Origin: Chloroflexota bacterium
GTDB taxonomy: Bacteria; Chloroflexota; UBA11872; VXOZ01
Direction of reading: 5' to 3'
NCBI GenBank assembly: GCA_965221905.1
Contig: OZ244922.1
Span: 224,001 to 288,000 of the forward strand
Length of the DNA: 64,000 nucleotides
The position numbers and the translations under genes were made by a program. The notes beneath the pieces were generated by a model. The model ran no database searches. It worked only from the letters and a program-made list of their open reading frames with translations, and had not been told where the DNA came from. Shown in pieces: positions 38,290 through 48,404 of the stretch (position 1 is the first letter of the stretch; every line of letters begins with the position of its first letter).

Positions 38290-41136
38290 TTATTGTAGGG
38301 TCAGGTTCAGTTGTTGTGTTGTAGTTTGGTTGCCCGCCTTGTCGAAAGCAACGACGAAAAGGGTGTGGTTGCCTGCGGCCCCACGTGGGTCCCACGAAAC
38401 CTCGAACGGTGGGCTGCGGCGCTGAGCAATCGGTTCGCCGTCGATGAAGAAGGCTACGGCGTCAAGCGCCCGGTCGTCGGTTGCGTTGGCTCTGATGAGT
38501 ATAGGACCGAGCGGGAACGTGCCGTCTTCCCGCGGCGAGATTAATTCTACGTGTGGGTCCACGTTATCGATCGTGACCGGCACGGTCACTGTCTGCTCCT
38601 GGCCGCTGGTATCTCTGGCAATCACGCGGATCGTGTAAATGCCATTGAAAGGCAGGGTGTCCCATGCCATCAGCACTTCGTTGACTACCGGGCTTGTCTG
38701 TGGCTCATTGATCTTCACCCAGCGCGTCGGTTCGAGACCTTCACCATACTCCACGCGGTACCAGGTGAGATTCGGAATGTTGACATTGCCTCTAATCTCC
38801 AAGAGGCGCCTCACGGGGCGATCCGGTTGCGGCCAGGAAATTGCCAGCGGCGCCACGGGTGCAGGTATATGCACCTCGGTCGGCGGTTGCGGTATTCCTT
38901 CCTGCTGGGCCCAGTCCTGTACATCCAGCGGCACCTCAAAGAATACTCTCTCTTCCACTTGGTCGCTTGGCGTTTGCGGTGAGGCGAGTTGTCCTGTTTC
39001 TCTATGAATCAACTTCGGTACGAAGAATGTGTCTTCTTCAGTCGGTTCTGTGCCGGAGATGAAGTACTCCAAGTACGTGCCGCCACAGTATGGAATAGCT
39101 TGGTAGCCGGATACCAGGGAGCAGAGGGTCGCCAGCGCTTCCTGATCGCGTGTTTCGTCGCAGTAGGGTGTTGCCACCATGCCGGTGGCGCGGCATATTT
39201 CTACCTGGACCAAGCCGGCCGGTCGCTCAAACTCCTCTTCCGGTAAGGACTTTAGGGCTTCCTTCATGAAGGCGTTCCATATCGGAGCCGCGCCGGAAAG
39301 ACCGGTCGTCTCCTTCATAGGGCGACCGTCTGAGTTCCCAACCCACACCCCGGTGACAAGGTTTGGCGTGTAGCCGAATGTCCAATTGTCTTTCGAATTG
39401 TCCGTGGTGCCGGTCTTGGCGGCTGCCGTTCTCTCGAGCCGTAGGTAACTTTCTTCGCCGAACAACGGAATGCGGGCTTCGTTATCCGAGAGGATGCTGG
39501 TGATCAGGAAAGATATTTGCGGGCTCAGTCGTTGGATGCCGTCTGGGATGTTATATTCGTACAGCATGTTGCCTGCGGAATCGGTCACTTTCAGGATGGC
39601 TTCAGGCGGGCGGTAGAGTCCGTTGGTGGCAAAAACACTATATGCGCTAGCTAATTCCAGAAGTTGCACTTCGGCGCCGCCGAGCACGACCGCCGGGCCG
39701 TAATAGGTCTCATCGGCAAATGATGTAATACCAAACCGCCGCGCCATGGCAATGCCGTTGTTCACTCCCACGTCCAGTACCACTTTCACCGCCGGAATAT
39801 TGTAGGAGTTTGCCAACGCCGCGCGCACCGGCGCCGGACCGTGAAACTTTTTGTCGTAGTTCTTGGGCGCGTAGACTGGGGATCCTGGAATTTCGAGAGT
39901 GAACGGCACGTCCCAGATCAAGGTTGCAGGCGTCCAGCCTTTTTCGAATGCCGCCGCGTAGAAGAGCGGTTTAATTGCCGATCCGGGCTGCCGCAGCGAC
40001 GTTGTGACGTTCACCTCGCCGTCGATGGACTGGTCGCCGTAGTCCACGCTGCCAAGCATGGCCAAGATTACGCCGGTCTTGGGGTCAAGGGCGATGAGGG
40101 CGGCATTGCTGGCATCGTGCGCGACGAGCCTTGTGATCTGCTCCCGCGCGACGCGTTCAGCCAAGCCCTGCAAGTCGAGATCGAGTGTCGTAGTGACGTG
40201 CAGGCCGCCACTGTAGAGTCGTTCGGCGCCGTACCGTTCCTCCAGCAGCTTGCGCACGTAGTGGACGAAGTGGGGCGCGAGCAGAGGTTGGCTGCGCTGA
40301 CTATATGCGGGCTCGTTAGCGTAGGTCTCCGCGGCTTGTGCCTCCGTAATGAAGCCGTTCTCGACCATTTGGTTCAGCACGTAGAGCTGTCGTTCGCGGG
40401 CGCCTTCCTTGTTTACGAACGGGTTTAGGGCGCTGGGAGCCTGCACGATGCCGGCGAGCATTGCGGCCTCCGCCAACGTTAGTTCTTGCGCCGGTTTATC
40501 GAAGTAGACGTTGGCTGCGGCCTCGATACCGTATGCCAGGTTGCCAAAGGCGATTAGGTTTAAATAGAGAGCGAGGGTCTCATCTTTACTGTATCGCTGC
40601 GAGATCCTGTAAGCCAGGATGATCTCCTTCAGCTTGCGCTCCACGTTGAAATCAGGTGTAAGAAAAACGGCACGTGCAAGTTGCTGCGTGATCGTGCTGC
40701 CGCCACCCGCGTAGCGGCCCGTCACCACGCCGAGCACGGCGCGGGCGATACCGCGCAGATCGAACCCCGGATTGGAGTAAAAGCCACGGTCTTCGGCGGC
40801 GATGATGGCCAGCTTCATTACGCTCGGAATCTCGTCGAAGGAGAGTATGGTGCGCTGCCCCTCCGTCGGATTGTTTATGGTGTAGAGCAGGACACCATTC
40901 CGATCGTAGATTTTGCTGCTCTCAGAAACAGGAAAGTCAAAGAGATCTTCTATATCGGGCAAGTCACTCGTGAGATACGTGTAGACGCCCCCGGTTACGG
41001 CGCCAACGGAAAGGGTGACGAAGAGTATAAGGCCAAGTAAGACCCCCGCTACAATGAGCAGGAATCTCGACGCGGAGGGCGCTTGTGTGCGCCGCCGGAG
41101 GCGCCTGCGCCGTCGTGCCGAATTCAGTGATGCCAA
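38290..41136 (-). CDS. Class A penicillin-binding protein with C-terminal Ig-like domains
   Basis: AEDRGFY, GGSTITQQL, RQPGSAIKP (SxxK), SYNIP (SxN), KTGT; beta-rich C-terminal domains. Confidence 0.93.
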   Translation of the reverse strand: MASLNSARRRRRLRRRTQAPSASRFLLIVAGVLLGLILFVTLSVGAVTGGVYTYLTSDLPDIEDLFDFPVSESSKIYDRNGVLLYTINNPTEGQRTILSFDEIPSVMKLAIIAAEDRGFYSNPGFDLRGIARAVLGVVTGRYAGGGSTITQQLARAVFLTPDFNVERKLKEIILAYRISQRYSKDETLALYLNLIAFGNLAYGIEAAANVYFDKPAQELTLAEAAMLAGIVQAPSALNPFVNKEGARERQLYVLNQMVENGFITEAQAAETYANEPAYSQRSQPLLAPHFVHYVRKLLEERYGAERLYSGGLHVTTTLDLDLQGLAERVAREQITRLVAHDASNAALIALDPKTGVILAMLGSVDYGDQSIDGEVNVTTSLRQPGSAIKPLFYAAAFEKGWTPATLIWDVPFTLEIPGSPVYAPKNYDKKFHGPAPVRAALANSYNIPAVKVVLDVGVNNGIAMARRFGITSFADETYYGPAVVLGGAEVQLLELASAYSVFATNGLYRPPEAILKVTDSAGNMLYEYNIPDGIQRLSPQISFLITSILSDNEARIPLFGEESYLRLERTAAAKTGTTDNSKDNWTFGYTPNLVTGVWVGNSDGRPMKETTGLSGAAPIWNAFMKEALKSLPEEEFERPAGLVQVEICRATGMVATPYCDETRDQEALATLCSLVSGYQAIPYCGGTYLEYFISGTEPTEEDTFFVPKLIHRETGQLASPQTPSDQVEERVFFEVPLDVQDWAQQEGIPQPPTEVHIPAPVAPLAISWPQPDRPVRRLLEIRGNVNIPNLTWYRVEYGEGLEPTRWVKINEPQTSPVVNEVLMAWDTLPFNGIYTIRVIARDTSGQEQTVTVPVTIDNVDPHVELISPREDGTFPLGPILIRANATDDRALDAVAFFIDGEPIAQRRSPPFEVSWDPRGAAGNHTLFVVAFDKAGNQTTTQQLNLTLQ

Positions 41137-41368
41137 GGCAACGAATCCTTAACGTGCGACTGCTCTACCAGTCTTTTGACTTTACCACCGAGCCCGCGCG
41201 CGCGTGATCGGAAAGGGGCGCAAAAATACGCGGAGCCTGTTAGCATCCGCGCATCTATGCACTTAGTTAGCGGCTTGAGGAGATTGGGTCTACGGGTGCG
41301 AGCACACCCACCGCACTACTGCCGTTCTGTCAGCCTTTGTGGTGGGTTCTATGCGACTTCAGCGTCAA

Positions 41369-42595
41369 CTAGCGCAACCAATAGTTCGGGTCTTTCGGGA
41401 CTTTATCCAACCGAATCTCGAAGTGGAGGTGAGGGCCGCTAGTGAAGCCGGTCATGCCGATGAAGCCGATGGTTTGACCTTTATACACGGAATCGCCCAC
41501 CTTCACCGGCAACGCTCGCGAATCGTCGAGGTGCGCGTAGACCGACGCTTCGCGCCAGCTATGTTGGACGATGACCATCATACCGTAGGAACTCCAGGGG
41601 TTGCCCGTAATGGCGTATTCAGCCTTGATGACCTGACCTGCCTGACTGGCGAGGACGGGCGACAGGCGACTGACCGCGTAATCTATGCCCGTGTGGAAGC
41701 TCTGCAACCACGTGCGCACGCCATAGGCGGCGCTGATGTACCCGCCTGCCGGGCGGAGCCAATCGTCCGGCGCCTCTTCCGGAAGCACTAATAACCCTGA
41801 TTGCAGACGTTTCTCCGTCGCTTCGATTTCGGCCTGAATGGCTAAATTCTCTGCTTCTCTGCGATTAATCTCTTCTTGCAGCGACGCGTTTTGCCAAGAT
41901 GCGTTCGCCGCGCGCTGCTCGGCGCTCGCGAGCAGATTCTCTCGCTCGGACTTGAGATTCACGAGCTGCAATTGTTGGTTTTCGCGCTGCACCCGCAACA
42001 GATCTATTTCCGCATGCTTTTGCACGAGTGCGGCGCGCTTGGTGTCCAACTCCGCTTTACGCTCCTGCGTGGCGCGAATGTGGCGGACGTCGTCACCCAA
42101 GATGCGCTGGAAGATGGTGATACGATTGAGCGCGTCCGAAAAGCTGGACGCAGTGAAAATGTACTCGAGAGGGGAGACACGGCTTAGCTTGTAGAGCGCC
42201 TGCAACCGGCCGCGGGCAATCTCCTGCTCATCCGTGAGAATGGCCTCTTGCAGGGTAATATCCTGTGTTAGGCTGTGGATTTCAACTTGGAGCCGGTCGA
42301 TCTGGAATTGTGTCGCATTGACTTCCTCTACCTTGGCATACAGCCTGTTTTCAACTTGCTGTAGATCGGCGGCGGCGGCGGAGTGCACCCGCTGAGTGCG
42401 CACCACTTCCTGCTGGGACTGCTCCTGCCTGCTCTTTAGCTGCTGCAGATTCTGTTCATTCTGCTGCAGCTCTTCTTCCAGATGTTCCAGGAAATCGCTG
42501 CCAAGGGAATTACCCGAATCCTCCGCGGCGAATATAGCTTTAGGGGCCGCTGCCAGCAAAGCAAGCAATGACCCAAGTACAGTCCGCCGTCGCAT
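41369..42595 (-). CDS. Coiled-coil M23 peptidase (EnvC/CwlO-like FtsEX partner)
   Basis: RRRTVL signal, long coiled coil, HTGID and HLH zinc ligands. Confidence 0.88.
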   Translation of the reverse strand: MRRRTVLGSLLALLAAAPKAIFAAEDSGNSLGSDFLEHLEEELQQNEQNLQQLKSRQEQSQQEVVRTQRVHSAAAADLQQVENRLYAKVEEVNATQFQIDRLQVEIHSLTQDITLQEAILTDEQEIARGRLQALYKLSRVSPLEYIFTASSFSDALNRITIFQRILGDDVRHIRATQERKAELDTKRAALVQKHAEIDLLRVQRENQQLQLVNLKSERENLLASAEQRAANASWQNASLQEEINRREAENLAIQAEIEATEKRLQSGLLVLPEEAPDDWLRPAGGYISAAYGVRTWLQSFHTGIDYAVSRLSPVLASQAGQVIKAEYAITGNPWSSYGMMVIVQHSWREASVYAHLDDSRALPVKVGDSVYKGQTIGFIGMTGFTSGPHLHFEIRLDKVPKDPNYWLR

Positions 42596-42599
42596 TAAT

Positions 42600-43283
42600 T
42601 CAGTTCTCCTGGAACTTGCCGATCTGCACGTCACGCACGATGCGACCGTTATCCAAAGCTACCACACGACGTGAGAATCCATCAACTACGTCGCGATCGT
42701 GCGTTGCCACGATTGTCGTGATGCCGAGCTGGTTGATTTCCATCAGGAGGGAGGTGATTTCCCATGCCACATCGGGTGAAAGGCTGGCCGTTGGCTCATC
42801 GGCGATGAAGATATCGGGACGATGCACAATGGCGCGCGCTATCGCGGCTTTGCGCTGCTCTCCGCCGGAAATCTGACCGGGGAGGAAGGAAGCTCTGTGC
42901 TGGAGTCCCACCAATTCAAGCGCATCTGCCGCGCTGGTTCGGGCGCGCTTTCCCGCGCAACCCTGAATTTGCAGAGCCAGCGCCACGTTTTCCGCCACGG
43001 TTTTACCTGGAAAAAGCTTGAGGTCTTGAAAGACAATGCCAAATCGCCGCCGCAATAAGGGTATCTCAGATTCCTTCATCAGCGCAAGGTCTTGGCCGCC
43101 GACGAGCACCACGCCCGATGAGGCCTGATCGGCACGCACCAACAAGCTAAGCAAAGTGGTCTTCCCGGCACCGTTATGGCCGACGAGAAAGACGAAGTCA
43201 CCTTTCGGAACGCTCAGTGTAACATCGTCGAGCGCGGTGACGCGAAAGTCGTAGACTTTGGAGACGTTGCGCAAAACAATCAT
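42600..43283 (-). CDS. ftsE: FtsE-like ATPase, second copy
   Basis: GHNGAGKTT, IP.LRR..G.VFQD.KL, ISGGEQ, IADEPT, ATHD. Confidence 0.8.
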   Translation of the reverse strand: MIVLRNVSKVYDFRVTALDDVTLSVPKGDFVFLVGHNGAGKTTLLSLLVRADQASSGVVLVGGQDLALMKESEIPLLRRRFGIVFQDLKLFPGKTVAENVALALQIQGCAGKRARTSAADALELVGLQHRASFLPGQISGGEQRKAAIARAIVHRPDIFIADEPTASLSPDVAWEITSLLMEINQLGITTIVATHDRDVVDGFSRRVVALDNGRIVRDVQIGKFQEN

Positions 43284-43353
43284 GAGAATCCGGTTAGTGT
43301 TGGTGAACGAGGCGTGGGTTTATTAGGTTACAGGGACGCGGCAGGCTGCGCAC

Positions 43354-44247
43354 TTAGATGGTGAGGAACCGGCGAACAGCGAGGTAACTCCCAAAGCCAC
43401 CAATAAGGATACCAAAGAGAGTCAAGGTTAAGAATAGACGAAGAAGGTACGTAGTGTCAAGTGACACCGGAAAGAAGCTAATCAACTGCTGGAGCAGCTC
43501 GTGTACCCATAGGTACGCCACTCCGACCACTAAAGAAGAGAACAGAGCGCCAACCAGCCCGAAAAACACGCCCTCCAACAAGAACGGCCAGCGAATGAAG
43601 TGGTCGGAAGCGCCCATGAGCCGTAGCACTTCGATCTCCCCTCGCCGCGCATAGACCGTCAGCCGGATAGTGCTCCCAATTACAAACAAGGCAACCAAGG
43701 CCAAGCCGGCTCCGAGCGTATAGCCGAGGAAGCGTATAACTTGCACAATCCGAATGACATTATCGAGCACGTCTTTAGGAATTGTCACTTCTTTCACAAT
43801 TGGATTGACCGCAAGCAAACTGGCAAGAGACAGGAGGTGGTTAGGATCGTCTGAGCGCACTTCGAGGCTGGCGGGTAAGGGATTGCGATTGCTTATCAGC
43901 GGTAGCAAGAGGTCCGGTTCGTCCTTAAAGTGCGCCCGCAGGCGTTCCAATGCCTCTTCCGGGGTAATGTACCCCACGTCTATGACACGAGGATCGTCGA
44001 GCAATTGCTGCCGCAATGCGAGTACGTCCGACGGTGGAGCGTCGTCCACGAGGTCAATGATGAGGTTCACCCGCTCCTCCATACTGGCAATCATGACCGA
44101 TAGCGCGTTCTCCACGATGAGGAACATGCCAAGTGTCGTGATCATGAGCGAGACGATCAGCACCGTGATCACCGTCATGGTGCGATGGCGCCAGGCGTTC
44201 ACGATCGCACTGCCGGACATTGTGGTAAGGTAGCTAGGTCCGGCCAT
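43354..44247 (-). CDS. ftsX: Cell division permease FtsX
   Basis: TM-ECD-3TM; NPLPASLEV, TIRLTVYARR.EI.V.RLMGA, PFLLEG. Confidence 0.93.
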   Translation of the reverse strand: MAGPSYLTTMSGSAIVNAWRHRTMTVITVLIVSLMITTLGMFLIVENALSVMIASMEERVNLIIDLVDDAPPSDVLALRQQLLDDPRVIDVGYITPEEALERLRAHFKDEPDLLLPLISNRNPLPASLEVRSDDPNHLLSLASLLAVNPIVKEVTIPKDVLDNVIRIVQVIRFLGYTLGAGLALVALFVIGSTIRLTVYARRGEIEVLRLMGASDHFIRWPFLLEGVFFGLVGALFSSLVVGVAYLWVHELLQQLISFFPVSLDTTYLLRLFLTLTLFGILIGGFGSYLAVRRFLTI

Positions 44248-44923
44248 ATTGATAGGTGCCCCTTAATTCGTCTCGCGCTATCTCCCCCCGGACCAGCTCG
44301 ACTACCCGGCGGCGCGCGCGATTGACCATCTCTTTGTCGTGGGTGGCCATGACTACGGTAGTCCCCAGCCCGTTAATGCGCACCAGTAGATCCACGATTT
44401 CGGCTGAGGTCACGGGGTCCAGGTTGCCGGTAGGTTCATCGGCAATGAGCAAATCGGGTTTGCGAATTACCGCGCGGGCAATGGCAACCCGCTGCTGCTC
44501 GCCACCCGACAGAGTAAGAGGGAATGTCTCGGCAAACTGCGTTAAGCCGACCAAGGCCAGAGTCTCCGGCACGAGTCTCTCAATGTCTCCGCGCGAACGA
44601 TTGGCCACGCGGAGCGCCATCGCCACGTTCTCGGCCACAGTCTTATTCGGTAGCAAGCGGAAGTCTTGGAAGATCATGCTCACCTTACGGCGAAAAAGGG
44701 GAAGGTGACGCTTGGACAATTGGAGCACGTTGTGTCCGGCGACAATAATCTGTCCCGAAGTGGGAAGCTCTTCACGGATGAGCAATCGCACGAGCGTAGA
44801 CTTGCCAGCGCCACTTACGCCAACGAGGAAGACAAACTCTTGCTGCGCAATCTCTAGATCGATGTTCTTAAGCGCGTGGATACCGTTTGCATAGATCTTG
44901 GAAACATCGTGCAGGAGAATCAT
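44234..44923 (-). CDS. ftsE: Cell division ATPase FtsE
   Basis: GVSGAGKST, FQDFRLL, LSGGEQQRVAIARA, ADEPTGNLD; overlaps ftsX start. Confidence 0.92.
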   Translation of the reverse strand: MILLHDVSKIYANGIHALKNIDLEIAQQEFVFLVGVSGAGKSTLVRLLIREELPTSGQIIVAGHNVLQLSKRHLPLFRRKVSMIFQDFRLLPNKTVAENVAMALRVANRSRGDIERLVPETLALVGLTQFAETFPLTLSGGEQQRVAIARAVIRKPDLLIADEPTGNLDPVTSAEIVDLLVRINGLGTTVVMATHDKEMVNRARRRVVELVRGEIARDELRGTYQYGRT

Positions 44924-45119
44924 GGTGGGTCTTGTGCGCTAACAGTGAGCAAGAACGCTAGCGCCTGTGTGGTGTGCGATGGACGCTTTCGTGGTTGCAG
45001 GAGTTAGTTCTCATTATACGAGGATGAGGGCACGTCGTCACTAGGCACGGCGGCCGTAAGCGCGAATCTGAGTGGCGATTCAATCACCCGGCATGGGGTT
45101 TCGGGACTTGCTGCGCGGC

Positions 45120-46337
45120 CTACGCAGTCGGCGATGAACGGACCGCCATGCGCGCGCGGTACTTGCCGCCCTGCCGCATGAGCCTGAGGTAGAGGATGGA
45201 CAGGGCAACTGGCAGCACCGGTGACAGCATGAGTACGGTGAACGCGGCGGGCAGCCCGAAGCTATCCGCGAAGAGCCCGACAAACGGTGTGCCCATGCCG
45301 CTGATTCCCCAAGCGAAACCTACCATCATGCCCGATGCCATCGCTCGCTGCTTCGGCAGGAGCTCATGGCTCATGACCACGGTGACGGCGAATGTGGAAA
45401 CGGTAAAACCGCCAATGAAAACCAGCATGAGGGGCAGCCAAAATCCGCTGGTGTGCAAGAATATGTAAACGAACAGCGGTACCGGCGCGAGCGACCAGAG
45501 GAGCAGGCCCTCTTTGCTCGTGCGGTCGGCCACGTAACCCCCCACGAGCGTGCCGATTGCGCCGCTGAAGAGTAGAAAGGGCAGTAGTCCCGCTGCCGCT
45601 TCCGGTACGGTCATTCCCAGTTCTGCTACGGCATAGAGCGGAATGAAGGTACTGAGACTTACCCAGAAGAAGGAGCGGAGAATGACGATGACCAGCAGGA
45701 GGACAAAGGGTGTCAGTACCGGCCGTATATCGAGAAGGGCTGCTTTGAGGTCCGGCGGCGCTACCTCTGCGCCAGTCTCGATTCGCGGCAGGAGCCGCCA
45801 AAGCACGAGCGCCATTATGACGCCCGGTACCACCAACAGTATGAGTCCGCGTTGCGCCTGCCAGGCGTAGAGCACGGCGACCACCACGGGTCCCGCGGCG
45901 ACGCCTAAGTTGCCGCCGACCGAGAAGATAGAGGTCCCGGTGCTTTGCCGGTCCCCGCTGTAGTAGCCGGCTGCTTTATACCCTTCGGGGTGGTAGGCAG
46001 CGATGCCCAAGCCGCCGATGGCGACCGCGATAAGCACAAGCCCGTAAAGCGGCGCCTGCGTGGCGATAGTGACGCCCAAGGCGGCAACAAGCGGTGAGAG
46101 GGGCAGCACCAGCTTTCCATTGAAGCGGTCACTCACATAGCCCAAGATCGGCTGGATTGCGCTAGCGGAAAAGCTGTGCGACGCCGATACGAGCGCCACG
46201 GCGAAATAGGAGAGGCCGAACGTGCTAACAAAGATAGGGAGCATGGCGGGCAGCATACCGCCATAGATATCGGCCATCACGTGCCCCAGGCTCAGCGTGA
46301 GAAGCATGGGCGTGTTCATGCGACGCTTGGTCTTCAA
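45120..46337 (-). CDS. MFS transporter (Fsr-like)
   Basis: About 12 TM; QP..G..SDR, YHPEG, FSVGGN.G. Confidence 0.88.
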   Translation of the reverse strand: MKTKRRMNTPMLLTLSLGHVMADIYGGMLPAMLPIFVSTFGLSYFAVALVSASHSFSASAIQPILGYVSDRFNGKLVLPLSPLVAALGVTIATQAPLYGLVLIAVAIGGLGIAAYHPEGYKAAGYYSGDRQSTGTSIFSVGGNLGVAAGPVVVAVLYAWQAQRGLILLVVPGVIMALVLWRLLPRIETGAEVAPPDLKAALLDIRPVLTPFVLLLVIVILRSFFWVSLSTFIPLYAVAELGMTVPEAAAGLLPFLLFSGAIGTLVGGYVADRTSKEGLLLWSLAPVPLFVYIFLHTSGFWLPLMLVFIGGFTVSTFAVTVVMSHELLPKQRAMASGMMVGFAWGISGMGTPFVGLFADSFGLPAAFTVLMLSPVLPVALSILYLRLMRQGGKYRARMAVRSSPTA

Positions 46338-46454
46338 CGTGGCACACGCTTCTTTAGGCCATATGCTTTGATTGCCGACTCTTTCTCCTCTTGTTGAAGT
46401 AACCCGATAGCTGCGGTAATTGCTATGAAAATAGATGGTCTAGGCGGTTTCGCT

Positions 46455-46803
46455 CCGGTAGCGCAGGTTTGCAACCTGCGTCTACGCCCCGTCATTACCA
46501 TGAAAATAGCCCGCGCCTGCTTCCGTCATTCCCGCGAAAGCGGGAATCCATCTGCGTCGCGCACACCCTGGATTCCGGCGCAAGCCGGAATGACGATCAG
46601 GAAGCCGGCCGCCATTTTCGTCCCTCTTATGTGGCCTGCGCCAAGCCATGGTAATACCGGAATCCACTAGCTTTAGGTAGGTAAGTTTCAGCAAGAGGCA
46701 TACAGCGCTCACTCTAATTGGATGCTTGCTATCAAACGAAAAGCCACACCGTCCTGCTGGTGTGGCTCGGGACGCGCCCGCAGGTTGCAAACCTGCGCTA
46801 CCG
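46455..46803. repeat. Family-A pair enclosing a family-D doublet
   Basis: A 46455-46480 and 46779-46803; D 46524-46550 and 46569-46595. Confidence 0.8.
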
Positions 46804-46830
46804 ACGCTTTGGCAAGGCCAAAGGACGCGC

Positions 46831-47100
46831 CTACTCGCGGTAGTCCGTTTCCGTCAGTTCATCCACCAAGACGATCTTGTCCACCTTGGCATTCACCGCG
46901 TCGCGCGCCTCGAGCACAGCCTCTTCGCTCTCCGCTTCGTACAGGCAGTAGCATTTGCTCATGTCGTCAGAAAGGTAGGTGCTGATCCACTCGCAGTTGG
47001 GCAACTGTGCATATATGTCCAACGACTTCTTCTTGTTATTGTCATACTTGTCGCGGGTTAGCTCCGGCGGAAGGTTCCACTCGACGAGAAACTTGGGCAT
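46831..47100 (-). CDS. DUF4242-like small protein
   Basis: MPKFLVE..LP, W..TY.S.D..K.YCLYEAESEEAV; GAGGTG RBS. Confidence 0.75.
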   Translation of the reverse strand: MPKFLVEWNLPPELTRDKYDNNKKKSLDIYAQLPNCEWISTYLSDDMSKCYCLYEAESEEAVLEARDAVNAKVDKIVLVDELTETDYRE

Positions 47101-47215
47101 CCTCACCTCTCCGTGTTTATTGTTGACTTTCCAACTAGACTCTTTTTTAGCAGGGGAGAAGTGTGTTTGTCAAACGAAATCTCTCCTGCGGCGCGGCAAA
47201 AGGCGCTGCTTGCCT

Positions 47216-47926
47216 TTAGGCGGCGGCCAGCAATTGCTGCATCTGAGCGGGATCGAGCTTGATGGAAGGTCCCATCGTTGCGCACAGATGCAGGGAGCGG
47301 ACATACGTGCCTTTGGTGCTCTCCGGTTTGGCTTGCATGACTCCTGAGTAGAGCGCGGTCAGGTTTGCAAGCAGATTCTCCACGGTGAAGGAAGCCTTGC
47401 CGATGGGGACGTGCAAATTGGCCGTGCGGTCGACGCGAAACTCAACGCGACCGGCTTTGGCCTCACCCACAGCGCGGCCGATGTCGAATGTCACGGTGCC
47501 GGCACGATTGTTGGGCATCAGGCCGCGGGGGCCCAGGATACGTCCCAGCCGGCCCACTGCGCTCATCATGTCCGGCGCGGAGATTGCCACGTCGAAATCC
47601 AGCCAGCCGCCTTCGATCTTCTTGGCAAGCTCCGCGCCGCCGACGAAGTCGGCGCCGGCCTCTTCCGCTTCGCCCACCTTTTCCCCTTGCGCAAAGACGA
47701 GCACGCGTTGCGCCTTGCCGAGCCCGGCCGGTAGCACCACAGTGCCGCGCACCGCTTGTTCCGCTTGGCGTGGGTCGACACCCAGGAGGGCGTGCATCTC
47801 AATCGTGGCGTCGAAGTTGGTGGTTGCGGTCTCTTTGGCTATTTCGAATGCAGTTTGGGGATCGTAGAGTCGTCCCTCTTCAATGCGTTCCAGTGCCTGC
47901 CGATATTTCTTGCTGCGCTGTGCCAT
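47216..47926 (-). CDS. rplA: 50S ribosomal protein L1
   Basis: LGRILGPRGLMPN, EFRVD, TMGPS. Confidence 0.98.
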   Translation of the reverse strand: MAQRSKKYRQALERIEEGRLYDPQTAFEIAKETATTNFDATIEMHALLGVDPRQAEQAVRGTVVLPAGLGKAQRVLVFAQGEKVGEAEEAGADFVGGAELAKKIEGGWLDFDVAISAPDMMSAVGRLGRILGPRGLMPNNRAGTVTFDIGRAVGEAKAGRVEFRVDRTANLHVPIGKASFTVENLLANLTALYSGVMQAKPESTKGTYVRSLHLCATMGPSIKLDPAQMQQLLAAA

Positions 47927-47927
47927 T

Positions 47928-48353
47928 TTAGGTGACTACCTCCAAACCCATGCTACGGGCGGTGCCCGCAACAATCTTCATTGCCGCCTCGACGTCGTTG
48001 GCGTTGAGGTCCGGCATTTTCATCTCTGCAATCTCGCGCACTTGCCCCTGGGTAACCCGCCCGACTTTCTCGGTGTTGGGCGTACCGGAGCCCTTATCCA
48101 CCTTGGCCGCGCGGCGCAGCAGGTCGGCTGCCGGCGGTGTCTTGGTGATGAATGTGAACGACCGATCTTCAAAGATCGTCATGTCTACCGGCACGATGTA
48201 GCCGGCTTGGCTGCCCGTGCGCTCGTTGAATTCCTTGACGAAGGCCATGATGTTCACACCGTGCTGACCCAATGCGGGGCCAACCGGCGGGGCCGGTGTC
48301 GCCTTCCCTCCCGGCACCTGAAGTTTGATTACTGCCCGTACTTTCTTTGCCAC
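47928..48353 (-). CDS. rplK: 50S ribosomal protein L11
   Basis: [31 protein letters not shown]. Confidence 0.98.
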   Translation of the reverse strand: MAKKVRAVIKLQVPGGKATPAPPVGPALGQHGVNIMAFVKEFNERTGSQAGYIVPVDMTIFEDRSFTFITKTPPAADLLRRAAKVDKGSGTPNTEKVGRVTQGQVREIAEMKMPDLNANDVEAAMKIVAGTARSMGLEVVT

Positions 48354-48404
48354 GCTAGTTTCTCATTCCTTGCACAAAATGAACTACAAAACGGTCACAG
48401 AATG

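Noticed and set aside
47140-47200. L10 leader after rplA
   Set aside because: A hairpin is present but the conserved leader motifs are not, and rplJ does not follow.
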